Below are positions 1 to 6,832 of a stretch of 26,569 nt of DNA, one piece after another. Location: contig MHRY01000044.1 of NCBI GenBank assembly GCA_001822675.1, positions 1 to 26,569 on the forward strand, given 5' to 3'. Each line of letters starts with the position of its first letter. Positions within the stretch are counted from its first letter, which is position 1. A model generated the notes under the pieces. The model ran no database searches and was not told the DNA's origin. It was given only the letters and a program-made list of their open reading frames with translations. This DNA is from Candidatus Taylorbacteria bacterium RIFCSPLOWO2_01_FULL_45_34b. GTDB taxonomy: Bacteria > Patescibacteriota > Minisyncoccia > Phycocordibacterales > DSPV01. The position numbers and the translations under genes are program-made.

Positions 1-80
1 TCTCGCTTTGTGTTTTACCGAGGCGGAGCCTCGGGGAAGTGTTTTTTGATGAGCAGTCAGTTTTTGGCTCGAAGCCAATT
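1..80 (+). repeat. Copy 1 (5'-truncated by the window edge) of a ~105-bp three-hairpin repeat family, R1
   Basis: ctcgctttgtgtttt + ccgaggcggagcctcgggg hairpin + T-run + gtcagtttttggctcgaagccaatt hairpin. Near-identical to 982-1100 and 2066-2170. Confidence 0.7.
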
Positions 81-303
81 TACAGAGGGTTCTTACTTGT
101 CTTTCTGTGGGTACAACTTGCAGGAAACGACAATCTTTCCTCCCTTGAAAACCCCTCAACCGATGGGTTTTCTCGTCTCGACCGGTTGATGAGCGACGCA
201 TGGCGATTACAACTTTTCTGCGAGTGTCAGGGTTGCGAAATTAAGTCGGAACGGGAGTGCTCTCTGGGGTGCTTTTCATTGGGGAGTATGATACAATCGG
301 GAA

Positions 304-543
304 ATGGAAAGACTTACCATTGAACTCATTCCAGATCTGGAACAGGGCGGCTACACCGCCCGTGTGTCTGACATTCCCGCCTATGGTGAAGGAGCGACAG
401 AAGAAGAGGCGATTGCTGATTTGAGGGAAGCTCTCCGTACGTATATCGAAGCCTTTGGACTGAAGGACGCGCTTGCTCGTGTTAATTCGCCGGCAAAGCT
501 CAAACAGCTTAGTGTCAGTCTCAAAGACTTCTCACTTGCCTAG
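304..543 (+). CDS. hicB: HicB-family antitoxin (UPF0150-like)
   Basis: 79 aa. The GGYTARVSDIPAYGEGATEEEAIADLREALRTYIEA pattern matches the HicB/UPF0150 fold signature. Sits immediately upstream of a HicA-like ORF. Confidence 0.7.
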   Translation: MERLTIELIPDLEQGGYTARVSDIPAYGEGATEEEAIADLREALRTYIEAFGLKDALARVNSPAKLKQLSVSLKDFSLA

Positions 544-568
544 ATTTCCCCGACCGACAGGAAAAGAA

Positions 569-766
569 ATGATCTCATTCCTGACGAAACAGGGCTTTTC
601 AATCGTACGTGTACGTGGCAGTCATCACGCTATGGAGAAAGGTGATCTCCGCACGACGGTACCTCTCCATGGCAATGAGCCCATTAAAATAGGGACGCTT
701 CGTGGTATTCTTAAAGATATCAATCTGGCACCCGATGAATTCGTGGAACTCTGGGAAAAGTTTTGA
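569..766 (+). CDS. hicA: HicA-family mRNA-interferase toxin
   Basis: 66 aa from the internal ATG at 569. FLTKQGFSIVRVRGSHHAM..TVPLHGNEPIKIGTLRGILKDINL is a classic HicA (YcfA) signature. The 5' extension back to 473 overlaps hicB and is unlikely to be real. Confidence 0.78.
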   Translation: MISFLTKQGFSIVRVRGSHHAMEKGDLRTTVPLHGNEPIKIGTLRGILKDINLAPDEFVELWEKF

Positions 767-792
767 AGCTACTGAAAAGGTTATTACAAATT

Positions 793-809
793 CCAAGGTT
801 CAACCTTGG
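793..809. repeat. REP-like palindrome CCAAGGTTCAACCTTGG
   Basis: Perfect 8-bp arms. Belongs to the AGGT-N-ACCT palindrome family also seen flanking the RAYT gene. Confidence 0.7.
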
Positions 810-813
810 AATG

Positions 814-872
814 CAAAAAAAGCGAGGACTCCATAGAGTTCTCGCTTTGTGTTTCCCCGAGGCTTAGCTTTT
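814..872 (+). repeat. Truncated copy R2 of the ~105-bp repeat (hairpin A plus the first half of hairpin B only)
   Basis: aaaaaaagcgaggactccatagagttctcgctttgtgtttccccgaggcttagc. The second arm of hairpin B and all of hairpin C are missing. Confidence 0.6.
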
Positions 873-981
873 CCCAGTAGTTTTTTCCAAACTTTTCCCC
901 TCTAAAAAACCCATTTCCAAGAGGACTAAAAGGTACCTATCTGAAGCGATCGCCCCAGATAGGTTACAAGGTTCTGATAAA

Positions 982-1100
982 GAAAAAGCGAGGGTTCCGA
1001 AGAACTCTCGCTTTGCGTTGTGTCCCCGGAGGCGAAGCCTCGGGGAAGTGTTTTTATTTTAGGAGAGAAGATTGGTCAGTTTTTGGCTCGGAGCCAACTG
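982..1100 (+). repeat. Full copy R3 of the ~105-bp three-hairpin repeat
   Basis: Hairpin A is aaagcgag-ggttccgaagaact-ctcgcttt. Hairpin B is ccccggaggcgaagcctcgggg followed by gtgttttt. Hairpin C is ttggctcggagccaa. Confidence 0.75.
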
Positions 1101-1208
1101 TTAAGCATCTAACCCCCCTGTTCATGCTTATTTTCATGTAGACGATTGCCATTAGCAGCTGGCTCATGGTATTATTTTTACGTGACTGAAGAAGGAAAAC
1201 AGAAAATT

Positions 1209-1601
1209 ATGGCTATTGCTAAAAAATACAACCTTGCCTTGCTGGTGCTTTTCGGCTCGCGAGCAAGGGGCGATGCACTAGAAAAAAGTGATTTTGATGT
1301 TGCTTATTCCTCTATTGCACCCATGGATTTAGTCGAGGAAAGTGAAATGGCTGTAGAACTGCATGAAATTTTCAAGACAATCAATGTAGATATGGTAAAT
1401 CTATCGAACGCCAATCCCTTACTCATGAAAAAAATTGTTGATGAAGGTGTTGTTCTTTATGAGGCTAAGGAATCACTATTCAATAGTTTGTATTTATACG
1501 CGATGAGAATTTACCGCGAGTCAGAGTTTCTAAACAAAGTGCGCCGTGAATATGTACTAAGTAGAATTAATCAGCACAAAAAAGATGCCGCTCGAGCTTG
1601 A
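1209..1601 (+). CDS. mntA: MntA-type minimal nucleotidyltransferase (antitoxin of a HepT/MntA pair)
   Basis: LFGSRARGDALEKSDFDV matches the GSxxRG..DxD nucleotidyltransferase motif. RBS gaaggaaaa lies 13 nt before the ATG at 1209. The ORF could extend back to 1146. Overlaps the downstream HepT ORF by 17 nt. Confidence 0.72.
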   Translation: MAIAKKYNLALLVLFGSRARGDALEKSDFDVAYSSIAPMDLVEESEMAVELHEIFKTINVDMVNLSNANPLLMKKIVDEGVVLYEAKESLFNSLYLYAMRIYRESEFLNKVRREYVLSRINQHKKDAARA

Positions 1602-2019
1602 TAAAAATCTTATCACCAGGAAACTTGCTCTTCTCGATGGTTATATCGCCGAGTTGGAACCGATAGTGTCATTAACCGAGGAAGAAATTCTCAAAGATTC
1701 TCTGAAATTTCACGTGGCGGAAAGAATGTTTCAGCTTATTGTTGATGAAATGATTGATATAAATACCCACTTGATTCGGGTAAAAACATTAACACCGCCA
1801 GATGACATTCAGAGTACATTTACTGTCTTAGCGAAGGCTGGCATTTTACCCGCAGATTTCACCAAAAAAATTTCACCTGTCGTTGGTTTGCGTAACGCGG
1901 TTGTGCATCGCTATGAACATGTTAGTCTGGGGCGTTTTATCCATGAACTTAAACGTAACTTCGGTGATTTCAAAGACTATCTTATTCACATCAATTCTTT
2001 TATCGAAAAGGCTACATAG
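1585..2019 (+). CDS. hepT: HepT-type HEPN toxin (DUF86)
   Basis: 144 aa. C-terminal GLRNAVVHRYEHV is the Rx4HxY HEPN catalytic motif. Translationally coupled to the upstream nucleotidyltransferase. Confidence 0.8.
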   Translation: MPLELDKNLITRKLALLDGYIAELEPIVSLTEEEILKDSLKFHVAERMFQLIVDEMIDINTHLIRVKTLTPPDDIQSTFTVLAKAGILPADFTKKISPVVGLRNAVVHRYEHVSLGRFIHELKRNFGDFKDYLIHINSFIEKAT

Positions 2020-2065
2020 TTTAAGGCTTGGTATTGGATGGGAGATATTTGGGGGGTCTATTAAA

Positions 2066-2170
2066 AGAAAAAAGCGAGGGTTCCGAAGAACTCTCGCTTT
2101 ATGTTTCCCCGAGGCTAAGCCTAGGGAATTTGTTGGGAGAGGCGGTTAGTTTTTGGCTCGAAGCCAATTT
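2066..2170 (+). repeat. Full copy R4 of the ~105-bp three-hairpin repeat (hairpin B degenerate)
   Basis: aaaaaagcgagggttccgaagaactctcgcttt..ccccgaggctaagcctaggg..gttagtttttggctcgaagccaattt. Sits directly 3' of hepT. Confidence 0.75.
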
Positions 2171-2748
2171 ATGTGAGCTTCTCCCCCTTTGTCCGTGCCC
2201 CATCCTTTGAAAATCGTTGGAGATGGGTCTGCTGGATTGTCTGGTTCCAAAAACCATTCCCCGTGGTTTGGCGGAACTGGTTGTTGCCACACGCCGTTTG
2301 TGGCGTGGGCGAATTTGTTCCAAGTGAATTCAGCCCTCGTTCCATTCGGTAGGAATACCACGAAGTCGAACCTGACTTGGTCGTAGTATAGAATTTTCGC
2401 CGGATGGCTTTCTTTCCGAATGGTTGGGTCAAGTCCTCGCACATGTGGCAGCTTGCTCCACCCATACTCCCAATCCCGCATGGTCGGGTTCCTTGCCCGC
2501 ACTACAGTGGCGGCTTTTTGCCGTTCCTTTTCTTCTGCCAGGCTTTTTTCTTTCACTGTTTTCATGTCAGCCCAATCCTTCTTGATGATTGGTCGGGCTG
2601 ATAGCCAGCAGACTATGAATAGACCAAGGAAGATGACCCACTTTGTTTCCGTCTTGGCCTTAATTTTGTTTAGGCCATAACTGGTGAGCCAGAGGGTAAT
2701 AATTACCAATGCCACAACCTTCAGAATGTACAGGGCATCTGTTGTCAT
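2146..2748 (-). CDS. Hypothetical two-TM membrane protein, possible partner of the upstream SPFH protein
   Basis: ATG at 2748 overlaps the SPFH stop as ATGA. Two hydrophobic helices sit at the N-terminus and a soluble C-terminal domain follows. No recognisable motif. The 3' end overlaps repeat R4. Confidence 0.45.
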   Translation of the reverse strand: MTTDALYILKVVALVIITLWLTSYGLNKIKAKTETKWVIFLGLFIVCWLSARPIIKKDWADMKTVKEKSLAEEKERQKAATVVRARNPTMRDWEYGWSKLPHVRGLDPTIRKESHPAKILYYDQVRFDFVVFLPNGTRAEFTWNKFAHATNGVWQQPVPPNHGEWFLEPDNPADPSPTIFKGWGTDKGGEAHINWLRAKN

Positions 2749-3866
2749 GGTGTCCCTCCTCCCCGAGCCATCCATTTCTCGACAGCGTCCTTGAGAATGA
2801 CCGCGACGTTGGTGAGGTCGCCCCTTGTCTCCGTCCTAGTGATCTTGCCGAGTTGAGTTAAGACAATCCGGCTGGCTTCGTCATCGTTCATCTCGGGGAA
2901 CTTTTTCTTCAGTTCGGCAATAGCGTTTTGTATGAGCAAAACCTGCTCGTTGTCGGCCTCCCTTTTTTTCATCGCCCGCGTGACTGACTCGTAAGCTTTC
3001 GATGTGTCAGGGTCGAGATAATCAATCTTTGGAATGACCACGCCAATAATTTTTACACCGAGATGATCAATTGTCCGAACGCGCTCGTTCTCATCCATGT
3101 CGTCCTCGATTGCCTCCTTAACCTTTTTTTCCCAGTCGTCCCGTTTTTCCATAAACTCCAGGTCGCTGACCTCGGCGCCGCATTGGCGGAGGCTTTTGAT
3201 AGCTAGATCTCCAACTGTCCTTTCTACCGATTGCCCTTGCTTTTGCAACTCATCTTCGACGTTGAGGAAGTACCAAGGGTTGGTCACTTGCCAGCGGACA
3301 ACGATTCTTGCCTTCATAACCACCAGCCGTTTTTTTGATTTGCCGATGGAGTCAATAGTGTTGACCGTTAAAGGTTCACCATCTTCTTTTGGGATAGTGA
3401 GAACCTGGTGCTTTTGGCTGACGTTCTTTACGGTCATTATGAAGGGGAAGACCCATGTCCAACCCTCTTCAAATGCCTCTCCGGGCTTCCTTTTCTGTAG
3501 GATCCTTGGCACGCCATAGTTTCTTTCTGGTACCAAGTGAAGCCCCTGCTTCATGAGGACAAGGGAGAACAGGACTACAGCGATGCCAATGACCCAATCA
3601 AGACCGTTGCTGAGATACAAGATAATCAGTAGTGCTAAGATCATGGTCACTGTAGCCGCTATGCCATTCATAAGCCACTCCCGACTGTCCCAAACCGCTG
3701 TCTTTTTCAGGCGCTTTGGTTTGCGTTTAGGGGCTGGTGGCGTTCCTCCACCTCCTGCTGGTGCAGGGGCGGGGGGTGTTGGAGGTGTAGGAGTCGGGGG
3801 AGTCGGTGCTCCGGGTCCTGGTACAGGTGTTGGCGGAGTTCCTCCGCCTGGTGTTGGTGTTGCCAT
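2745..3866 (-). CDS. SPFH/band-7 (stomatin/prohibitin-like) membrane protein with a Pro/Thr/Gly-rich N-terminus
   Basis: 373 aa from the internal ATG at 3866. Low-complexity TPPTPTPPTPPAPAP tail, a KRKPKRLKK stretch, a TM segment, then a band-7-like core (FPFIMTVKNVSQKHQVLTIPKED ... VVRWQVTNP) with a C-terminal coiled-coil. The 5' extension to 3992 runs through a REP palindrome. Confidence 0.65.
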   Translation of the reverse strand: MATPTPGGGTPPTPVPGPGAPTPPTPTPPTPPAPAPAGGGGTPPAPKRKPKRLKKTAVWDSREWLMNGIAATVTMILALLIILYLSNGLDWVIGIAVVLFSLVLMKQGLHLVPERNYGVPRILQKRKPGEAFEEGWTWVFPFIMTVKNVSQKHQVLTIPKEDGEPLTVNTIDSIGKSKKRLVVMKARIVVRWQVTNPWYFLNVEDELQKQGQSVERTVGDLAIKSLRQCGAEVSDLEFMEKRDDWEKKVKEAIEDDMDENERVRTIDHLGVKIIGVVIPKIDYLDPDTSKAYESVTRAMKKREADNEQVLLIQNAIAELKKKFPEMNDDEASRIVLTQLGKITRTETRGDLTNVAVILKDAVEKWMARGGGTP

Positions 3867-3897
3867 ACTTTTTTCCTTTCTGGTATTTCTGAATTGG

Positions 3898-3912
3898 CTA
3901 GGTTGAACCTCG
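3898..3912. repeat. REP-like palindrome (aggttgaacct core)
   Basis: ctaGGTTGAACCtcg. The same core occurs at 4405-4417 with shared flank ccatcttt. Confidence 0.55.
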
Positions 3913-3988
3913 CCATCTTTTCTTTTTGCTGACTGACTTTCTCCAAAACAAATTGTCAAAGTTCCAACTCTGACAGAACAAAGCCCAT

Positions 3989-4005
3989 ACAAGGTTCGAC
4001 CTTGT
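3989..4005. repeat. REP-like palindrome ACAAGGTTCGACCTTGT
   Basis: 7-bp stem with a TCG loop. Same family as the hairpins flanking the RAYT gene. Confidence 0.7.
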
Positions 4006-4209
4006 AGTAAGACTAACTGAATCTACGAAAAGGTTAGCACGGTTTTATATAAAAGTCAATGGATTGGTTTATACCAAAAAACGCTTCTGTAGAGCCACTT
4101 TTATCCAGCCTAGTTTTTTGGTGATTCTGTTCATAACCCGCGTATTTCTCGCCGCACCATATGGCCCAATTTAACAAACCAATATAAAAAGTTTATCGAG
4201 GACTTATTT

Positions 4210-4226
4210 CCAAGGACTAACCTTGG
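4210..4226. repeat. REP-like palindrome CCAAGGACTAACCTTGG
   Basis: 6-bp arms with a 5-nt loop. A second copy lies at 4373-4388. Confidence 0.6.
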
Positions 4227-4250
4227 GTTTTACTTTGAAAGTGTTAGGTT

Positions 4251-4273
4251 ATGTCAAGGTTTAACCTTGACAT
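4251..4273. repeat. REP-like 23-bp palindrome ATGTCAAGGTTTAACCTTGACAT
   Basis: 11-bp perfect arms. Exact reverse-complement copy at 15474-15496. Confidence 0.75.
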
Positions 4274-4312
4274 ACTTTGTCATTTCCAGACACTTAATTT
4301 AGAGTTGTATTT

Positions 4313-4339
4313 CACCTTGGAGGTAAAACTTCCAAGGTG
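4313..4339. repeat. REP-like hairpin CACCTTGGA-N9-TCCAAGGTG
   Basis: 9-bp perfect arms with a 9-nt loop. Confidence 0.55.
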
Positions 4340-4372
4340 GGGGAATGGGATTTTTTTACAAGGACTTTTTTA

Positions 4373-4388
4373 CAAGGACTAACCTTGG
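4373..4388. repeat. REP-like palindrome CAAGGACTAACCTTGG
   Basis: Copy of the 4210 element. Preceded by the direct repeat acaaggact(t6)acaaggact. Confidence 0.55.
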
Positions 4389-4404
4389 ATTTTTGTAAAA
4401 TGGC

Positions 4405-4417
4405 GAGGTTGAACCTC
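4405..4417. repeat. REP-like palindrome GAGGTTGAACCTC
   Basis: 6-bp arms. The right flank catcatctttcc matches the flank of the 3898 copy. Confidence 0.55.
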
Positions 4418-4492
4418 ATCATCTTTCCGTGTTGTTTTATGTTTAAAAAGAAAGCCAACCGGATGGGTTGGCTTTCGGGCGAAGGGAAGAAC

Positions 4493-4861
4493 TTAGACAG
4501 CGATTTCCGCTCGGCGTGGCTTTTTGGCCACTTTTTCGAGCAGAGTCCTCACCTCTTGGAAGGTGAAGGGTTTGAGGAGGGGAATTGCTCCCACGGATGC
4601 GGCTTTTGCCGCCAAGTTCTCTGTTCTTCCGGACATGAGCACTTTGGGGATTTTCGGCCCCACTACTTTGAGAACGGTGAGCCCTTCATCAAGGCTTGGA
4701 ATATCGCAGTCGGAGATGACTAAATCCAGTCCTCCTTCCGCGATTTTTTCTTGTCCTTCCATGCCGTCTGCGGCCAGAATTGTCTCGTGCCCGAGCATTT
4801 GCAGGAAGTCTCCGAGAAGTTCCCGGATGTCGCCTTCGTCTTCAATTAATAGCACTTTCAT
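4493..4861 (-). CDS. Single-domain (CheY-like) response regulator receiver protein
   Basis: 122 aa. KVLLIEDE acidic pocket, DLVISDCDIP phospho-acceptor Asp, KVLMSG and LLKPF conserved Thr/Lys positions. No output domain and no adjacent kinase. Confidence 0.85.
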   Translation of the reverse strand: MKVLLIEDEGDIRELLGDFLQMLGHETILAADGMEGQEKIAEGGLDLVISDCDIPSLDEGLTVLKVVGPKIPKVLMSGRTENLAAKAASVGAIPLLKPFTFQEVRTLLEKVAKKPRRAEIAV

Positions 4862-4924
4862 TACTGTTTAGTCTCACTTTCCGCCGATCTAAAAATAGAC
4901 TAATATACTCGACACCATCTGTCA

Positions 4925-4962
4925 ATACATCTAATTTACGCGGTCGCGTAAATTAGATGTAT
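4925..4962. promoter_or_regulatory. Perfect 18+18 bp inverted repeat (2-bp spacer), candidate operator or hairpin upstream of the response-regulator gene
   Basis: atacatctaatttacgcg-gt-cgcgtaaattagatgtat. Lies 64-101 bp upstream of the RR start and abuts a TTGACA-like hexamer on the minus strand. Confidence 0.5.
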
Positions 4963-5154
4963 GTAAGAAAAAGGCTCCAATTTGTTTGTGGGCGGGAGAG
5001 GAGTTTTGATTCTTACAGAATCTGTACAGTTTTCATATTTTCTCACGAAAATAACCGCTCGAAAATATGTTCAAACTTTTCAAGTCTTCTCACATAAGCC
5101 AAGCAGTTGGCGTGCTCCTGCCCACAAAATATATTCGCGAGGCTCATTATTTTG

Positions 5155-5236
5155 TGGGCAGGGGGAGACTCGAACTCCCATGGATTACTCCACTAGTTCC
5201 TAAGACTAGCGCGGCTACCAGTTACGCCACCTGCCC
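5155..5236 (-). tRNA. tRNA-Leu (anticodon TAG), type II with a long variable arm
   Basis: Minus-strand read GGGCAGG..CTAGT-CTTAGGA-ACTAG..TGGAGTAATCCAT..GGGAG-TTCGAGT-CTCCC-CCTGCCC-A. 7-bp acceptor and T-loop are intact. CCA is not encoded. Confidence 0.85.
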
Positions 5237-5305
5237 ATATCAAACCATATCAAAAAATCCATCATACCATTGATTCTAAAAATAGGAAGATTAGGGAGGA
5301 GGGTA

Positions 5306-6832
5306 CTAAAGCATCAGTTTTGCCGTGTATTTTTCTACTGGCGCGAAGTCGTCGCGAAGTATTGGCATGTCTTCGGCAATCGGTTTTTGGTAGAGATTCT
5401 TGAGGAGTGCCTGTATATTTTTGTCACGACTTGTAAGTTCGGGATCGCCTTTTTTAAAGGCTACAAGAATTAAATTTTGAATTAAGGAGTCGCTTTTTTC
5501 GCCGTGTACCTTAAAAAGGAGTACTGTTGGAAAAACAGATTTGTAGGTGGCGTATTCGGCTCGGAGAAATTCTCCGCGGTATCCTTCTATACCAGAAATG
5601 ATATTGACGATGACAACGCCGTCATCTTCGAGCTTATTATAGACGGTCTCGACGGCTTCTTTTGTTGTTAGTTGATACGGAATAGAAAGGAGAGACGTAA
5701 ATGCGTCTATGAAAATACTATCGTAGGTTTTTTCGGTGTCGTTGAGAAAAATTCGTCCGTCTTCATCAATGGTAGAGAGGTGAGAATTTTCGGAAAAAGA
5801 GAAATATTTTTTGGCAATTTCTTTTAATGTGGGGTCTATTTCAACAACGTCCATGGTATTTTCTGGTTTTTCTTTGAGGTAGTGCGGGGGATAGGTGAAA
5901 GCGCCGGCACCAATCATAAGGGCGTGTTTTGCCTCTGGTTTGAAATGAAAGCCAAGATCGAAGTATTTTTGGTACCCGAAAAGAAGCTCTGAAGGATCGT
6001 CAAGAAAAATACCTGATTGAATACCAAAGACCGTGTCGGTAAGAATGCGGGTGGACCTTCCTGTCTTTGCGTCCTTCCCATCATATACCCAAACTCTTTT
6101 GTACTTTGTGTCTAGATCCGCTATGAGATTGCCAGAGACGGGCAGAGCTCGTGGAATCTGAAAAGCCATAAGTGACAAAAAAATACCGAGAATGGTGACA
6201 CTCGGAAAAACCGAACTTCTTTTTTGAAGTAGCCACACAAGTAAGGAGAGGATAATCGTGGCTATTCCGAGGAAAAGCAGGATGTTGGTATTGCCAAAAT
6301 ATGAAATGAGAAAAAATCCTCCCAAAAATGTGCCGACGATACTTCCGATTGTCGAGAGCGCGTAGAGTCCGCCAACGGCGCTGCCGCTCGTTTCAAGGTT
6401 TTCAAGCCGAAGTCGAGTCACATACGGAGTAATCATACCGAAGAAAAATGTTGCTGGCACGAAAAGGAGTGGGGCAAAGAGGATTGATGCGATGCTTAAT
6501 TCTGAACCAAGAATTCCCGTAGTATAAGCAGCATAGCGGAAATACACAATTCCTGTCGTCGAAATTCCGGAGAGAAAAAGAATTCCGGCTAGACCTTTTA
6601 CACTTGCGTTTATGTCAGCGATTCGTCCGCCCCAAAAGTAACCAAGACTCAAACTGCCCAAAATAATGCCGATGAGACTTGTCCAGACATAGACCGAAGT
6701 GCCGACGTAGGGGGCGATGACACGCGAACCGACGAGTTCGATGATCATAACCGCCGCGCCGCAGAAAAAGACGATAGCAAAAAGAAGAGGATGATTAATT
6801 TTTTTGAAGACGGTAGTTTTTTGTGAAGGCAT
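5306..6832 (-). CDS. Fused membrane-domain / spermidine-synthase-like aminopropyltransferase family protein
   Basis: 508 aa. About 7 N-terminal TM helices, then a Rossmann-like region LMIGAGAFTYP ... DVVEIDPTL ... IFIDAF typical of the spermidine/spermine synthase fold. Confidence 0.65.
   Translation of the reverse strand: MPSQKTTVFKKINHPLLFAIVFFCGAAVMIIELVGSRVIAPYVGTSVYVWTSLIGIILGSLSLGYFWGGRIADINASVKGLAGILFLSGISTTGIVYFRYAAYTTGILGSELSIASILFAPLLFVPATFFFGMITPYVTRLRLENLETSGSAVGGLYALSTIGSIVGTFLGGFFLISYFGNTNILLFLGIATIILSLLVWLLQKRSSVFPSVTILGIFLSLMAFQIPRALPVSGNLIADLDTKYKRVWVYDGKDAKTGRSTRILTDTVFGIQSGIFLDDPSELLFGYQKYFDLGFHFKPEAKHALMIGAGAFTYPPHYLKEKPENTMDVVEIDPTLKEIAKKYFSFSENSHLSTIDEDGRIFLNDTEKTYDSIFIDAFTSLLSIPYQLTTKEAVETVYNKLEDDGVVIVNIISGIEGYRGEFLRAEYATYKSVFPTVLLFKVHGEKSDSLIQNLILVAFKKGDPELTSRDKNIQALLKNLYQKPIAEDMPILRDDFAPVEKYTAKLML

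Noticed and set aside
39-323. 94-aa ORF at the window start
   Set aside because: Lies entirely across repeat copy R1 and its hairpins, has no motif, and overlaps the hicB start. Treated as repeat-derived.
599-796. 65-aa minus-strand ORF
   Set aside because: Antisense to the well-supported hicA coding sequence.
1-2170. Possibility that the ~105-bp repeats are integron attC sites or a CRISPR array
   Set aside because: Not attC: the unit is three separate hairpins rather than one long imperfect palindrome with R''/L''-L'/R' cores, and only one copy happens to carry a GTTRRRY-like heptamer. Not CRISPR: the units are about 105 bp, unequal and truncated, and separated by 300-1000 bp of gene-bearing DNA.
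2028-2680. Cluster of short plus/minus ORFs (2028..2210, 2099..2323, 2169..2465, 2189..2386, 2404..2601, 2420..2680)
   Set aside because: All overlap, or are antisense to, the 2146..2748 minus-strand gene or repeat R4. None has a motif or RBS.
3097-3906. Plus-strand ORFs 3097..3519 and 3553..3906 (Gly-rich)
   Set aside because: Antisense to the SPFH gene. The Gly-rich translation is just the reverse reading of the Pro-rich low-complexity tract.
4337-4871. Plus-strand ORFs 4337..4723 and 4524..4871
   Set aside because: Antisense to the response-regulator gene, which has unambiguous receiver-domain motifs. The 5' part of the first runs through REP palindromes.
4982-5273. Small plus-strand ORFs 4982..5203 and 5067..5273
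   Set aside because: Overlap tRNA-Leu (minus strand) and its downstream inverted repeat.
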